Below, one piece after another: positions 1-9,348 of a stretch of 53,520 bases of DNA. The stretch spans positions 1-53,520 of the forward strand of contig JBAXBA010000015.1 in assembly GCA_037142195.1 (NCBI GenBank), written 5' to 3'. Under the pieces are notes generated by a model. The model was not told the origin of the DNA, ran no database searches, and worked only from the letters and a program-made list of their open reading frames with translations. This DNA is from Pseudomonadota bacterium. GTDB taxonomy: Bacteria; Bdellovibrionota_B; Oligoflexia; Oligoflexales; CAIMVM01. How positions within the stretch are numbered: position 1 is the first letter of the stretch; each line of letters opens with the position of its first letter. Both the position numbers and the translations under genes were made by a program.

Positions 1-85
1 AAAAGAAGCAGGAAAAGAAGCAGGAAAAGAAGCAGGAAAAGAAGCAGGAAAAGAAGCAGGAAAAGAACCCGCAAAAGAACCAGGA
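1..85. repeat. 12-bp tandem repeat (AAAAGAAGCAGG x5 plus 2 degenerate copies) at the window start
   Basis: Five exact copies at 1-60, then AAAAGAACCCGC and AAAAGAACCAGG. Frame +2 reads KEAG x5, KEPA, KEPG and ends at TAA 122-124. Confidence 0.95.
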
Positions 86-256
86 CTATATTCTTTCGAA
101 AACAGCCCGGCCATGATGTCTTAAAAAGTAACTCTCAGAGGACAATGATTCATTTTCTTTGTTTCTGAGTCATGCTAAAGGTTAAGGCCCAGGAAGATCG
201 TAATCTTGGTAGCTTATGCTAAAAAGTGCATAGATTCATGCGCTGAGGAGAGAAAC

Positions 257-1318
257 GTGCAATCACCCCCCTTATTTGAGTTTAAAAATCTCAAAATATC
301 CTTTCGAACGGAAACCGGATATGTCACGGCCGTCGACGGCGTGTCTTTTACCATCGAAAAGGGAAAGACCATGGGACTTGTCGGCGAGTCCGGCTGTGGA
401 AAAAGTGTGACGAGCCTTGCCGCCTTAAAGCTTTTGCCAAGCACCGCCAAAATAGAGGGTGAAATTCTCTACAACGGCAGAAACCTCCTTTCTGTTTCGG
501 AATCAGATCTCTGCGATATCCGTGGCAATAAGATTGCTATGATTTTTCAGGAGCCCATGACGGCCCTAAATCCAGCGTTCAACATTGGCAATCAACTAGG
601 AGAATGCTTTGCCATTCACCAAGGATTATCTCCCGAGAAAGCCAGACAACAGTCCATCGAGATGCTCAAAAAAGTAGGGATCCCCTCGCCCCACACGAGA
701 ATTGACGAGTATCCCCACCAGTTGTCTGGCGGCATGCGTCAAAGAGTCATGATTGCCATGGCCCTTGCTTGCAAGCCCGACCTCCTTATAGCTGACGAGC
801 CCACGACGGCCTTAGATGTTACGATTCAGGCTCAGATTCTCGACCTCATGAAAGAGCTTCAGTCAGAACTGGGCATGGCCATCTTGTTTATTACCCATGA
901 TCTCGGTGTCGTCGCTGAACTTTGTGATGATGTCACGGTGATGTATTCCGGAAAAATAGTCGAGCAGTCCCCGGTGGCAGAATTGTTTAAAAATCCTACC
1001 CACCCCTACTCCGTTGGCCTGATGGGATCTCGAGTGACGTTAGAAACCAAACGTTCCGAACGCCTGGAAACCATACCTGGCTCCGTGCCTAGTCCTGGGG
1101 AGTGGCCGACGGGCTGTCGTTTTGAGAGCCGCTGCACTTTTAAAGAGAGCCTTTGTGCGGCCTCAAACCCTGAACTGGTATCCCTCTCAAAAAGCCATTC
1201 CGTAGCCTGTCATGTACGAGCCCCTTCTACAAAGAGGACTCTTGGACAGAAGGAACCGCATTCCAAAGATTCTAAACCAAGCGCTTCCTCGCCATCTGAA
1301 GGAGACCTGCGCCCATGA
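257..1318 (+). CDS. oppD: Oligopeptide/dipeptide ABC transporter ATP-binding subunit (OppD/DppD type)
   Basis: Walker A GESGCGKS, signature LSGGMRQR, Walker B LLIADEPTT, C-terminal GCRFESRC...C...ACH domain. Start moved to GTG 257 behind a GAGGAG SD. Confidence 0.92.
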   Translation: MQSPPLFEFKNLKISFRTETGYVTAVDGVSFTIEKGKTMGLVGESGCGKSVTSLAALKLLPSTAKIEGEILYNGRNLLSVSESDLCDIRGNKIAMIFQEPMTALNPAFNIGNQLGECFAIHQGLSPEKARQQSIEMLKKVGIPSPHTRIDEYPHQLSGGMRQRVMIAMALACKPDLLIADEPTTALDVTIQAQILDLMKELQSELGMAILFITHDLGVVAELCDDVTVMYSGKIVEQSPVAELFKNPTHPYSVGLMGSRVTLETKRSERLETIPGSVPSPGEWPTGCRFESRCTFKESLCAASNPELVSLSKSHSVACHVRAPSTKRTLGQKEPHSKDSKPSASSPSEGDLRP

Positions 1319-2343
1319 CCTCTTCCCTCAATTCGCCCCAAACACCCCATACGCCCCTCTTACAAGTTAAAAACTTAAAAACGTATTTCCCCGTCAAGAA
1401 AGGACTTTTAGGTCGCGAAGTGGCCCGCGTTCACGCGGTCGATGACGTGTCTTTCACTTTAAATGCCGGCGAGACTTTAGGCTTAGTCGGCGAGTCCGGC
1501 TGCGGCAAGTCCACCTTAGGACGCTCTCTGATTCAGCTCGACCGACCCACTTCCGGTGAGGTTTTTTTTGAAGGTCAAAAAATCAATGATCTTGATTTTG
1601 CGAGTCTTAAAAAAGTAAGAGCCGGTCTACAAATGATTTTTCAAGACCCTTTTTCGAGCCTTGACCCCAGGATGTCAGTAGAGCGGATTATTTCTGAGCC
1701 CCTTAGACTTCACCGCATCGGGGACAAGAAATCCCAAACAGTCATTGTCAAAGACTTACTTAAAAAAGTAGGCCTTCCGGAAAGTGCTTTAAATCGCTAT
1801 CCCCATGAGTTTTCTGGAGGCCAACGCCAAAGAATTGGCATTGCCAGATCCCTCGCCCTTCGCCCCAAGTTGATCATTGCGGACGAGCCGGTGGCAGCCC
1901 TTGATGTTTCGGTGCAAGCTCAGGTGTTAAATCTCTTAAGTGACCTCAAAAAAGAATTTGGCCTGACTATGGTTTTCATCAGCCATGACCTAGGGGTCAT
2001 CAAGTATTTTTGTGATCGCATTGCCGTGATGTATTTAGGGAAAATTGTGGAATTTGCGGGAAGCGATGATCTTTATAAAAACCAAGTCCATCCTTATACG
2101 AGAGCTCTTTTTTCAGCGATCCCCCTCCCTGATCCTACGGCTAAATTAGAGCGCATCATTTTAAAAGGCGATGTTCCCTCCCCCATTCACCCCCCTTCCG
2201 GTTGCAGGTTTCATACCCGTTGTCCTTTTGTCACCGATATTTGTAAGACAGTTGTACCAGACTTAGTGGAAGTGAAACCTGGGCATTTTGCCGCTTGCCA
2301 TCATAAAGAACAATTCTTGAACCAGAAGGGAGCGCCCGCATGA
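1315..2343 (+). CDS. oppF: Oligopeptide ABC transporter ATP-binding subunit (OppF/DppF type)
   Basis: [39 protein letters not shown] overlap with the upstream gene. Confidence 0.92.
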   Translation: MTSSLNSPQTPHTPLLQVKNLKTYFPVKKGLLGREVARVHAVDDVSFTLNAGETLGLVGESGCGKSTLGRSLIQLDRPTSGEVFFEGQKINDLDFASLKKVRAGLQMIFQDPFSSLDPRMSVERIISEPLRLHRIGDKKSQTVIVKDLLKKVGLPESALNRYPHEFSGGQRQRIGIARSLALRPKLIIADEPVAALDVSVQAQVLNLLSDLKKEFGLTMVFISHDLGVIKYFCDRIAVMYLGKIVEFAGSDDLYKNQVHPYTRALFSAIPLPDPTAKLERIILKGDVPSPIHPPSGCRFHTRCPFVTDICKTVVPDLVEVKPGHFAACHHKEQFLNQKGAPA

Positions 2344-4070
2344 AAGCCCTAACCCAAAGACTTTCTGTTTTAAGGGGATCCTCTTTTTTGATCCTGCTTG
2401 TTTGCGGCTTCTCTTGGTTGGGAACTTCTAAGGGTTTCTCCGACACCTCGTCAGCTAGTAGCAGTGCTGCTCCAGAAAAAAAAGGTGTCTTAAGAGTAAG
2501 ACTTCCCGCTTGGCCTAAAGCTTTAAATTACTACACGAGTAGTGATGCTTATACGGTAACCATTTCCCAGTTTACCCATGCGGCTCTTCTCAATAAGAGC
2601 AGCGTCAATTGGCAGTTAGAGCCGATGATTGCGCAGTCTTGGGAGGTATCTAAAGACTTTAGGACCCTCACCTTTCAAATTCATCCCAAAGCAACCTTCA
2701 TCAGCGGGAATCCTGTGACCGCAGAAGATGTTAAGTTTTCTTTTGATCTGGTCTATGACACCAAACGTTGCATCAATTGCGAAGCGCAGCGGGGATTTAT
2801 AGGACCTCTGGAAAAGGTAGAAATCTTAAGCCCCTCAAGCATCCGATTTGTTATGAAAAACGTGGATTTTTTAAACGTTGACCGTGTCGGCGGAGTTTCT
2901 ATACTAGAGAAAAAGGTCTATGAAAAAGGCGACTTTAACCGCGATTATGAAAGACGTACCGATGGCGCGGGCCCTTATTTCTATGACCCCAAAGAGTCGA
3001 CCATGCGGGGGCGGATCGTCTTACGTTTAAGAGAAGACAACTGGCTCATGACCTACCCACACTTTAGAAACCAGTTTAACTTCAAAAAAATCATCATGAA
3101 ATACATTGAAGACGAGGCCGTCGCTTTTGAGGCCTTCAAGCGAAAAGACTTGGATCTCATGTATTTTGATGCAAGTATGCTACGGTTTTGGACAAGAACC
3201 GAGCAAGCTCCCTTTAACAATCCGCAAGTTGTCAGGATCCAAAGCCCTAAAATAGTCCCTTGGGTTTGGGGGGGGATCGCTCTCAATATGCGTCAAGGCC
3301 CCACGGCCGATCTACGATTTAGAAAAGTACTCCAATTGCTTCTCAATCGTGAGATGATTCTCTCTAAAATATATAAAAATCTCCAGGATCCCATTTCTGG
3401 ACCCTTTCCTAAAGGGACATCCGTCTCTTCCAATTCGCCTCCTGTAAAATTTGACCCGGCCCAGGCGAAGCTTCTTTTAAAAGAAGCTGGATTTGTCAAA
3501 GCCGATGACACCGGAATCCTTTACCGAGACATTATTAAGGATCACAAAACTGTTAGAGAACGTGCCAGCATTGCCGTCATGTATGGCACCAAAGCCCATG
3601 ACCAATGGATGACCATTTGGAAAGATGATGCCCAAAAAGTGGGAGTAGAAATCATTCCTCGCCTGACCGATTGGAGTGCGGCAACGAAGCTGGTCGATGA
3701 GTTTAAATTTGAAGGATTTGTGATTGGATGGGCAGGAAATCCTGAACCTGAACCCAGGCAGCTGTGGCATTCTGCGGGCGCCATGCAAAACGGCTCTTCC
3801 AATATGCCAGGCTTTCAGGACAAAGAAGTGGACCGCCTCATCGATTTTGCTCCCGGTCAACCGGATCCTGAAAAACGCGATGCTGCTTTTAGAGAGATCG
3901 AAAAGCGGATCATCGACGCGCAACCTTACGTCTTTCGTTGGGGGCTCATGACCCATTACACCGCCTACTGGAAAGACAAAGTCGCTCCGGGCGATACCCC
4001 ATTTATGAAATTTTCCGGGGATATGAGTCGAAGTATTTTCTATACCCATTGGAAGAAAGCGGAGGAATGA
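2340..4070 (+). CDS. Peptide ABC transporter substrate-binding protein (family 5, OppA/YejA-like)
   Basis: N-terminal signal peptide, IAQSWEVSKD...TF...F..G.PVTAEDVKFS family-5 motif, GAGPY; inside the opp operon. Confidence 0.88.
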   Translation: MKALTQRLSVLRGSSFLILLVCGFSWLGTSKGFSDTSSASSSAAPEKKGVLRVRLPAWPKALNYYTSSDAYTVTISQFTHAALLNKSSVNWQLEPMIAQSWEVSKDFRTLTFQIHPKATFISGNPVTAEDVKFSFDLVYDTKRCINCEAQRGFIGPLEKVEILSPSSIRFVMKNVDFLNVDRVGGVSILEKKVYEKGDFNRDYERRTDGAGPYFYDPKESTMRGRIVLRLREDNWLMTYPHFRNQFNFKKIIMKYIEDEAVAFEAFKRKDLDLMYFDASMLRFWTRTEQAPFNNPQVVRIQSPKIVPWVWGGIALNMRQGPTADLRFRKVLQLLLNREMILSKIYKNLQDPISGPFPKGTSVSSNSPPVKFDPAQAKLLLKEAGFVKADDTGILYRDIIKDHKTVRERASIAVMYGTKAHDQWMTIWKDDAQKVGVEIIPRLTDWSAATKLVDEFKFEGFVIGWAGNPEPEPRQLWHSAGAMQNGSSNMPGFQDKEVDRLIDFAPGQPDPEKRDAAFREIEKRIIDAQPYVFRWGLMTHYTAYWKDKVAPGDTPFMKFSGDMSRSIFYTHWKKAEE

Positions 4071-4073
4071 TCG

Positions 4074-5087
4074 GTGTATAAATATATCCTGAGACGTCTC
4101 ATATTGATGATTCCGACTTTGATCGGCATTTCGATTCTCGTGTTTACATTGACCCAAGTGGTTCCAGGTGGCCCCGTGGAACAGTTTATGAACAAACTCA
4201 AATTCGGCGGCAGTGGCGACACAGGTCGAGCGGGCGCTGAGATCACGGAAGAGCTGAGAACAGAGCTTAATAAACTTTACGGCTTTGATCGGCCCATTCA
4301 CATCCGCTATTTTAAGTGGATGGGAAACCTCCTCCAGGGAAATCTTGGGGACTCTTACGAGTACAAAGAACCCGTTTCCCGTGTGATCGTTCAAAAACTT
4401 CCAGTGAGTTTGACGTTTGGGATCTTTTCGTTCTTTCTGGTTTATTTGATTTCCATACCCCTTGGGATTTTTAAGGCCATCAAAGATGGCTCGCCTTTTG
4501 ACACGGCAAGCTCACTTCTTCTCTTTGTGACCTATTCCATTCCACCCTTTGCCTTTGCCATTGTGCTGATCGTGTTGTTTTGTGGCGGCTCCTTTCTAGA
4601 CTGGTTCCCCCTGCAGGGACTCCATAGCGATGACTTTGAAGAGTTCACTCAGTTTGAAAAGATCACCGACTACTTGCACCACATTATTCTTCCTTTATTC
4701 GCCTATGTGATCGGTCAATTTGCGGTCACGTCGATGATGATGAAAAATAGCTTTTTGGAACAGATCTCTCAAGACTACGTCCGAACTGCCAAAGCCAAAG
4801 GTTTAAGTCAGACGAAGATCTATTTTAAACACGTGCTCAGAAACGCATTGATTCCCATAGCTACCGAGATTGGTGATTTTTTAACGATATTCCTTTCTGG
4901 GAGTATTCTGATCGAGCAGATTTTTGGCTTAGATGGCATTGGGATGCTCAACTATCAGTCCATCCTAACTAGAGACTATCCGGTGGTCCTCGCCATCATC
5001 ATGATGGCAGCCTTTGCGAGGATGCTGGGAAGCCTGCTCAGCGATGTGCTCTATGTGGTGTTAGATCCTAAAGTAAGCTTCGAATGA
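4074..5087 (+). CDS. yejB: Peptide ABC transporter permease (YejB/OppB type)
   Basis: RRLILMIPTL, PGGPVEQ, LYGFDRP, DYVRTAKAKGL EAA loop, RDYPV. Confidence 0.85.
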   Translation: MYKYILRRLILMIPTLIGISILVFTLTQVVPGGPVEQFMNKLKFGGSGDTGRAGAEITEELRTELNKLYGFDRPIHIRYFKWMGNLLQGNLGDSYEYKEPVSRVIVQKLPVSLTFGIFSFFLVYLISIPLGIFKAIKDGSPFDTASSLLLFVTYSIPPFAFAIVLIVLFCGGSFLDWFPLQGLHSDDFEEFTQFEKITDYLHHIILPLFAYVIGQFAVTSMMMKNSFLEQISQDYVRTAKAKGLSQTKIYFKHVLRNALIPIATEIGDFLTIFLSGSILIEQIFGLDGIGMLNYQSILTRDYPVVLAIIMMAAFARMLGSLLSDVLYVVLDPKVSFE

Positions 5088-5094
5088 GGGACTT

Positions 5095-6129
5095 ATGTTA
5101 ACTTTTATTTACAATCGCCTAGATCCCCTTACGCAAAAACGTGTGCGGATGTTTTCTTCCATGCGCCGAGCCCGGGTATCTCTTTGGATTTTAAGCGTCG
5201 CCTTTATCGTAAGCCTTTGCGCCAACTTGGTGGCCAATGACAAGCCCCTTTTCATTTGGCTGGAAGGCAAAGCCTACTTTCCTTTTGCCAAGGTCTACAA
5301 GGCCCACACCTTTGGGGGTGAGGGAGAAGTGGAGCCAGATTACAAAGAGTTAAAAGATTCCATCAAATCACGCGGGGTGCTGGTACCACCTTTGATTTGG
5401 TGGGGGATGAATGAAAGTAACAAAACTTTAGATGAATATCCGGGGGCTCCCAATCGCTTGAACTTGCTGGGAACCGACGACCGGGGACGAGATGTCTTTG
5501 TAAGAATTCTCTATGGTTTTAGGACCTCCATTCTCTTTGCTGTTTTTGCTTTGATCACGTCTCTTTTGCTCGGCACTTTGATTGGAGGCGTTCAAGGGTT
5601 TTTCGGGGGAAAGTTTGACCTTATTGGCCAGCGATTGGTCGAGATTTGGACGTCGCTTCCGACCATCTTTGTCATTATTTTGGTGGTCAATATCTTTGAA
5701 CCCAGTGTTCCTATATTGATGCTGGTGATGGTGGCGTTTCTTTGGATTTCCAGCCAATACTACATTCGTGGGGAATGCCTTAGACTCAAAAATAAAGACT
5801 TTGCCCTGGCAGCGACATCTTTTGGTGCTAGCAAGTGGGAGGTGTTCACCCAACATATTATGCCCAACGCCATCACTCCCATTGTCACGTTAGCTCCCTT
5901 CACCATGAACCAGGCGATCTTGTTTCTTTCCTTTCTAGACTTCATGGGTTTAGGTGTTCAAGCCCCTACAGCTTCCCTTGGGGAGCTGCTGGCGCAAGGA
6001 AGAAACAACTTTTTTAACGCCTGGTGGTTGGCCTTATATCCTTTTTTAACTCTGGTCCTGCTTCTTCTACTTCTCAATTTTGTGGGAGAAGGTGCCAGGA
6101 AAGCCTTTGACCCTAGGGCTACCACGTAA
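5095..6129 (+). CDS. yejE: Peptide ABC transporter permease (YejE/OppC type)
   Basis: ANDKPL, LLGTDDRGRDV, HIMPNA, GEGARKAFDPR. Confidence 0.85.
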   Translation: MLTFIYNRLDPLTQKRVRMFSSMRRARVSLWILSVAFIVSLCANLVANDKPLFIWLEGKAYFPFAKVYKAHTFGGEGEVEPDYKELKDSIKSRGVLVPPLIWWGMNESNKTLDEYPGAPNRLNLLGTDDRGRDVFVRILYGFRTSILFAVFALITSLLLGTLIGGVQGFFGGKFDLIGQRLVEIWTSLPTIFVIILVVNIFEPSVPILMLVMVAFLWISSQYYIRGECLRLKNKDFALAATSFGASKWEVFTQHIMPNAITPIVTLAPFTMNQAILFLSFLDFMGLGVQAPTASLGELLAQGRNNFFNAWWLALYPFLTLVLLLLLLNFVGEGARKAFDPRATT

Positions 6130-6137
6130 CGTGACAA

Positions 6138-6157
6138 AGGCTCTTCCTGAAGAGCCT
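6138..6157. terminator. Hairpin between convergent genes, possible terminator
   Basis: AGGCTCTT-cctg-AAGAGCCT, 8-bp stem just after the permease stop; no clear U-tract. Confidence 0.4.
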
Positions 6158-6235
6158 AGTAGCGGTCACGAGAGGTTGTTGGAACTCTCAAAAAAGCTTA
6201 GCCTTAAAAGGAGTCATAGAAAGCTTCAGTTCCCG

Positions 6236-6886
6236 CTACTTGATTCTCTTTTTTGAGCGAGCCGCATTTTTAGACTTTTTTCTCGCAAGTTTAAGTCGAT
6301 TGGCTTTGCGGGATTTTTCAATCAAGTGGGCATATCTGGGGTTGGTTTCCAAGTTGGTGGAAAGATAGATGTGGGGTTTTTGTTCTAAAAATCCTTTTTT
6401 GGTGAAAAACTTGACCGCTGGGACGTTTTCCGGATCCGTATCGGCCATGATGATCCGAATCCCTTCATGCTCCACCATCGTTTCAATAAGCTTATCAAGG
6501 AGGCGTCCCGCAATACCGGCACGCGCCCATGGGGTATAGGTGCAAGCCCAAATCACATACCCGTAACTCCATGCAGAGCCTGCCTTAGAAATCACAGTCC
6601 CTAGTACAAATCCTACGATCCTAGGGTCTTTGGAGCCCTCTTCATAGTCATCGTTTTCAGCCACGAGACAATAATCACCATCCGTATTGAAGAGAGTCGT
6701 AACTTCGTATTCATCCCAGGACCGATAAAGCATGGGCCAAAGGTTTGCCTTAAAGTTACTTTCACCGAGCTGATAGACCTCGGCAATATCATCAATCTCC
6801 ATTTCCCTAACGGTAAATGAATGTTTCTCGAAATCACCTTTACTGGTTGACTTCACCTTTACGTCTTTGATCTGTATTTGGACCAT
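6236..6886 (-). CDS. GNAT family N-acetyltransferase with a basic C-terminal tail
   Basis: VREMEIDD start, CLVAE...IVGFVLG, RAGIAGRL acetyl-CoA motif, N.PAVKFFTKKGF. Confidence 0.85.
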   Translation of the reverse strand: MVQIQIKDVKVKSTSKGDFEKHSFTVREMEIDDIAEVYQLGESNFKANLWPMLYRSWDEYEVTTLFNTDGDYCLVAENDDYEEGSKDPRIVGFVLGTVISKAGSAWSYGYVIWACTYTPWARAGIAGRLLDKLIETMVEHEGIRIIMADTDPENVPAVKFFTKKGFLEQKPHIYLSTNLETNPRYAHLIEKSRKANRLKLARKKSKNAARSKKRIK

Positions 6887-7331
6887 AAAACCTTACTCGT
6901 ATGTACTTGTGTAATTATACCTCTTCTAAATCGACTCGTGAAGTCCGAGATCGGCCTCCAAGAAAAATAATTAGTCTTCTGTTTTTACTGTTAATTGTTG
7001 TTATTTTTAGGATTTTGACAATACGATTTTGCCCAATTTATTTTCGGCCGGGATGCCGCATGCCAACTGAAAACCACAAGGTTTCAGGTTTTAAAATCGG
7101 CGAGAAGCGGCAGCCATGGATGTAGCCCTGAAAAGACAGTATTTTAATTCCATCCAGAAAGCTTAAGGAACTCTCTTACTGCATACTTTTTGTTGTCCCT
7201 AAGAGTAGTCCGTGAAACACCGTATTCTAAGGATTTCCTGAAGTCAGCAGAGGCTTCGAAATAACTTTAAGGCACAGAGCCTAAAGCTGCTGCTTTTCCA
7301 ATAGATTCTTGCGAGGCTTGGCAAAGCGTTA

Positions 7332-7835
7332 CTATTCAGCAAAAGCGCGCTCTATGGTCTTTAAGGCGATCACGAGGGTATTTGGTTTATCCTCAGAGAT
7401 CGGCATAAAACCATGGCATTGATAAAACTTAGTCAACCGCTCCGAAAGGCTATCTACTATAACGGCGACCGCACCAAATGCCGGTGTGTGCAGAACCGTT
7501 CGCAGAGCATGCGCCAAGACCAGCTTTCCAGCACCCTGGCCTTGAAATTTCCGGTCTACTGCCAACTGCCCGATTCGTATGACTGGGACGGGGTACCGAG
7601 GGAGTCCTTTAAGCACGCCCTGAGGAAAGGAGGTACGAGCCACCTCACTTGCTGAGAGAGTATAATAGGCAACCACATTTAATTGATCTTCGGTCAGAGC
7701 GACGCTGCATATGGCTAGACGGTTGCGATGGTTTTGGCCAGCATACCTTCTAAAATACTCGTTCAATGGGTCGCTACCGCAGTCGAATTTTGAGCGATCC
7801 AGCCCGGCTGGAAGAAACTGCCAGACGAGCTTCAC
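7332..7835 (-). CDS. tacT: GNAT toxin of a type II TA system (TacT/AtaT/KacT family, tRNA acetyltransferase type)
   Basis: FDCG..PLNEY, LPRYPVP.I.IGQLAVDRKFQGQGAG, VIVD...FY..HGF; overlaps the upstream DUF1778 gene by 4 nt. Confidence 0.85.
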   Translation of the reverse strand: MKLVWQFLPAGLDRSKFDCGSDPLNEYFRRYAGQNHRNRLAICSVALTEDQLNVVAYYTLSASEVARTSFPQGVLKGLPRYPVPVIRIGQLAVDRKFQGQGAGKLVLAHALRTVLHTPAFGAVAVIVDSLSERLTKFYQCHGFMPISEDKPNTLVIALKTIERAFAE

Positions 7836-8107
7836 GAGTTTCCCTTAAGTGCTTTTGCCGCCCTCAGCAAGCTTGCATTTGGTTCCGCAGGCTCCATAAG
7901 CATTTCCACAAACTTATTCCACGATTCGTCCGACAAGGATATTTTTCTATTTGTTTCAATAACTTGCTGGGATACTTGACGCATACTCTCGATGACAAAA
8001 GCACTCATCTTTTGACCTTTAAGGGTGGCGGCTGCCTCGATAAGCTCCTTATCTTCTTGGGAAATCCGAAGATCTATACGGTCGTTTTGCTTATGTAGAC
8101 TGGGCAT
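7832..8107 (-). CDS. tacA: DUF1778 ribbon-helix-helix antitoxin (TacA family)
   Basis: RIDLRISQEDKELIEAAA...MSAFV...ISLS...F..ML..P..PN..L..A pattern. Start set at ATG 8107 behind a GGGGG SD. Confidence 0.88.
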   Translation of the reverse strand: MPSLHKQNDRIDLRISQEDKELIEAAATLKGQKMSAFVIESMRQVSQQVIETNRKISLSDESWNKFVEMLMEPAEPNASLLRAAKALKGNS

Positions 8108-8126
8108 AGTGTCCCCCCTAAGTCGT

Positions 8127-8155
8127 ATTATACCTACTTGTCGGACAATGTACAC
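8127..8155 (-). promoter_or_regulatory. tacAT promoter: -10 box and palindromic operator
   Basis: Minus-strand TATAAT at 8127-8132; inverted repeat TTGTC-n-GACAA at 8138-8148 and TGTACA palindrome next to it. Confidence 0.55.
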
Positions 8156-8454
8156 ACAAACTTGAGGACAATCTTGGGCGGACCGCGCAATCTCACGATG
8201 TTTCCTAGTAGTCGCATGCCCAAAGGGAGCCCAGGCCTTTCCTGCATAAGAAATAAACTTTTTGAGTACCTGAATTTCCGAAACTAAGATGATGGCGTCA
8301 GCTGGTTCTTTGAGCTTTTCAAAATGGATTTCTTAAAGACGCCTGCAACCAAAAAGTTCACCCTTCCAATCACAGTGTCCTTAAATTGGGGTTTGTCCGC
8401 ATATTCGACTTAGCTGGTGCACTATGCTTTGAGGGACAGAAATGTCTCCACCAT

Positions 8455-8499
8455 TAATAAAGACAAACAAACGAAGCATGAGGAGGTTCCTCCTCATGC
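8455..8499 (-). terminator. Intrinsic terminator
   Basis: GCATGAGGAG-gttc-CTCCTCATGC 10-bp stem at 8476-8499, followed on the minus strand by TTCGTTTGTTTGTCTTT; lies downstream of the YgiT-like remnant. Confidence 0.6.
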
Positions 8500-8541
8500 G
8501 CTCTTCAATCGAAACGGTGGAAATTAAAAAAAAGCACTAAA

Positions 8542-8721
8542 CTAAGCGGCATAGCGAATAAATTTCACTTCTATGCCTGCATTTGCTGAAGATACGGAAC
8601 GCTCCATAGGTTTTTTAGAAACGTCAATATGAAGATAATATTCTCCACAGTGAGGGCAGACTTGTGCGGAAACTTCTTTGAAATCAACTACAGTTCTTCC
8701 TCGCAGCACAGTAACGGATAA
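8542..8721 (-). pseudogene. 5'-truncated YgiT-type zinc-finger / MqsA-family antitoxin remnant
   Basis: Hand translation: LSVTVLRGRTVVDFKEVSAQVCPHCGEYYLHIDVSKKPMERSVSSANAGIEVKFIRYAA*. It has the second CxxC+GE knuckle and the typical tail, but the first CxxC and the start codon are missing, with an in-frame TGA at 8722-8724. Confidence 0.7.
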
Positions 8722-8953
8722 TCATAGGTTGCCTAGCGGTTTTTTCTAGACCTTCTCGAGCCCTTGGAAAGTTGTTAAGCAACATGAGTTTCTTCGCCTT
8801 GATTTTTTTCCTGGATTTTTCCTGGGTTTTTTCCATGATTTTAGCCCAAAGAATCTCCGTATATTAGGTCCGATCGAAGGGAGCTATTTTTTTGTATACA
8901 TATCAGGGCATTACATTTCTATTGAATTAAGTTAATAAACTATCGCCGAGAAG

Positions 8954-9310
8954 GTGCATGAAGGCTCTTTTACCCTCTGGATCTATGGGACGGAGTCTTA
9001 TAAAACTCAAGTGTACCAGTTCCTTCTGGAGCACCTTGAAATTATCCAAAAGCGTCTCGAAGTTGTGATTCGTCAGATGGATTCAGCACCGATTTCATAC
9101 AGTCACGAGCATAACTTTAAGCTTTTGGAGGACAAGGTTTGGGAATTCAAGTTTGTGAGTCAACGCATCCGGCTTGCCAGCATTTGGGACCCTAAACCAA
9201 AACATCTTGTCATTTTTTATGGTTTTGAAAAAAAGTCACAAAAGAAGTCACAAAAGTGGCCCAAGGTACATTTAGAAAAATTTGCGAACACAGTTGGCAA
9301 GGTATCTTAA
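8954..9310 (+). CDS. RelE/HigB (Gp49-like) toxin, probably with a C-terminal frameshift
   Basis: FKLLEDKVWEFK...RIRL...LVIFYGFEKKSQK matches the RelE/Gp49 pattern, and the gene lies upstream of an Xre-HTH gene (HigBA order). Start uncertain. Confidence 0.65.
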   Translation: MHEGSFTLWIYGTESYKTQVYQFLLEHLEIIQKRLEVVIRQMDSAPISYSHEHNFKLLEDKVWEFKFVSQRIRLASIWDPKPKHLVIFYGFEKKSQKKSQKWPKVHLEKFANTVGKVS

Positions 9311-9348
9311 TGAGCCGAAAAGAATGGGACTTAAAGAAGGAGATTAAT

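Noticed and set aside
2769..2783. CINCE in the peptide-binding protein as a heme motif
   Set aside because: CxxC is followed by Glu, not His; more likely a disulfide.
3477..4394. 305-aa minus-strand ORF and the many other antisense or alternative-frame ORFs (e.g. 49183-49707, 47433-47891, 5428-5856)
   Set aside because: They are shadows of well-supported genes and show no recognisable motifs.
6236..6886. Second GNAT as part of the TA cluster
   Set aside because: It lacks TacT motifs and a cognate antitoxin, and is separated from tacT by about 450 bp; it looks like a stand-alone acetyltransferase.
8801..8842. Short degenerate GATTTTTCCTG-like repeats resembling the reverse complement of the left-end unit
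   Set aside because: Only about three irregular low-complexity copies; the similarity could be chance.
9256..9348. Longer N-terminus of the HTH antitoxin given in the ORF track
   Set aside because: It overlaps the toxin gene; the AAGGAG SD supports ATG 9349.
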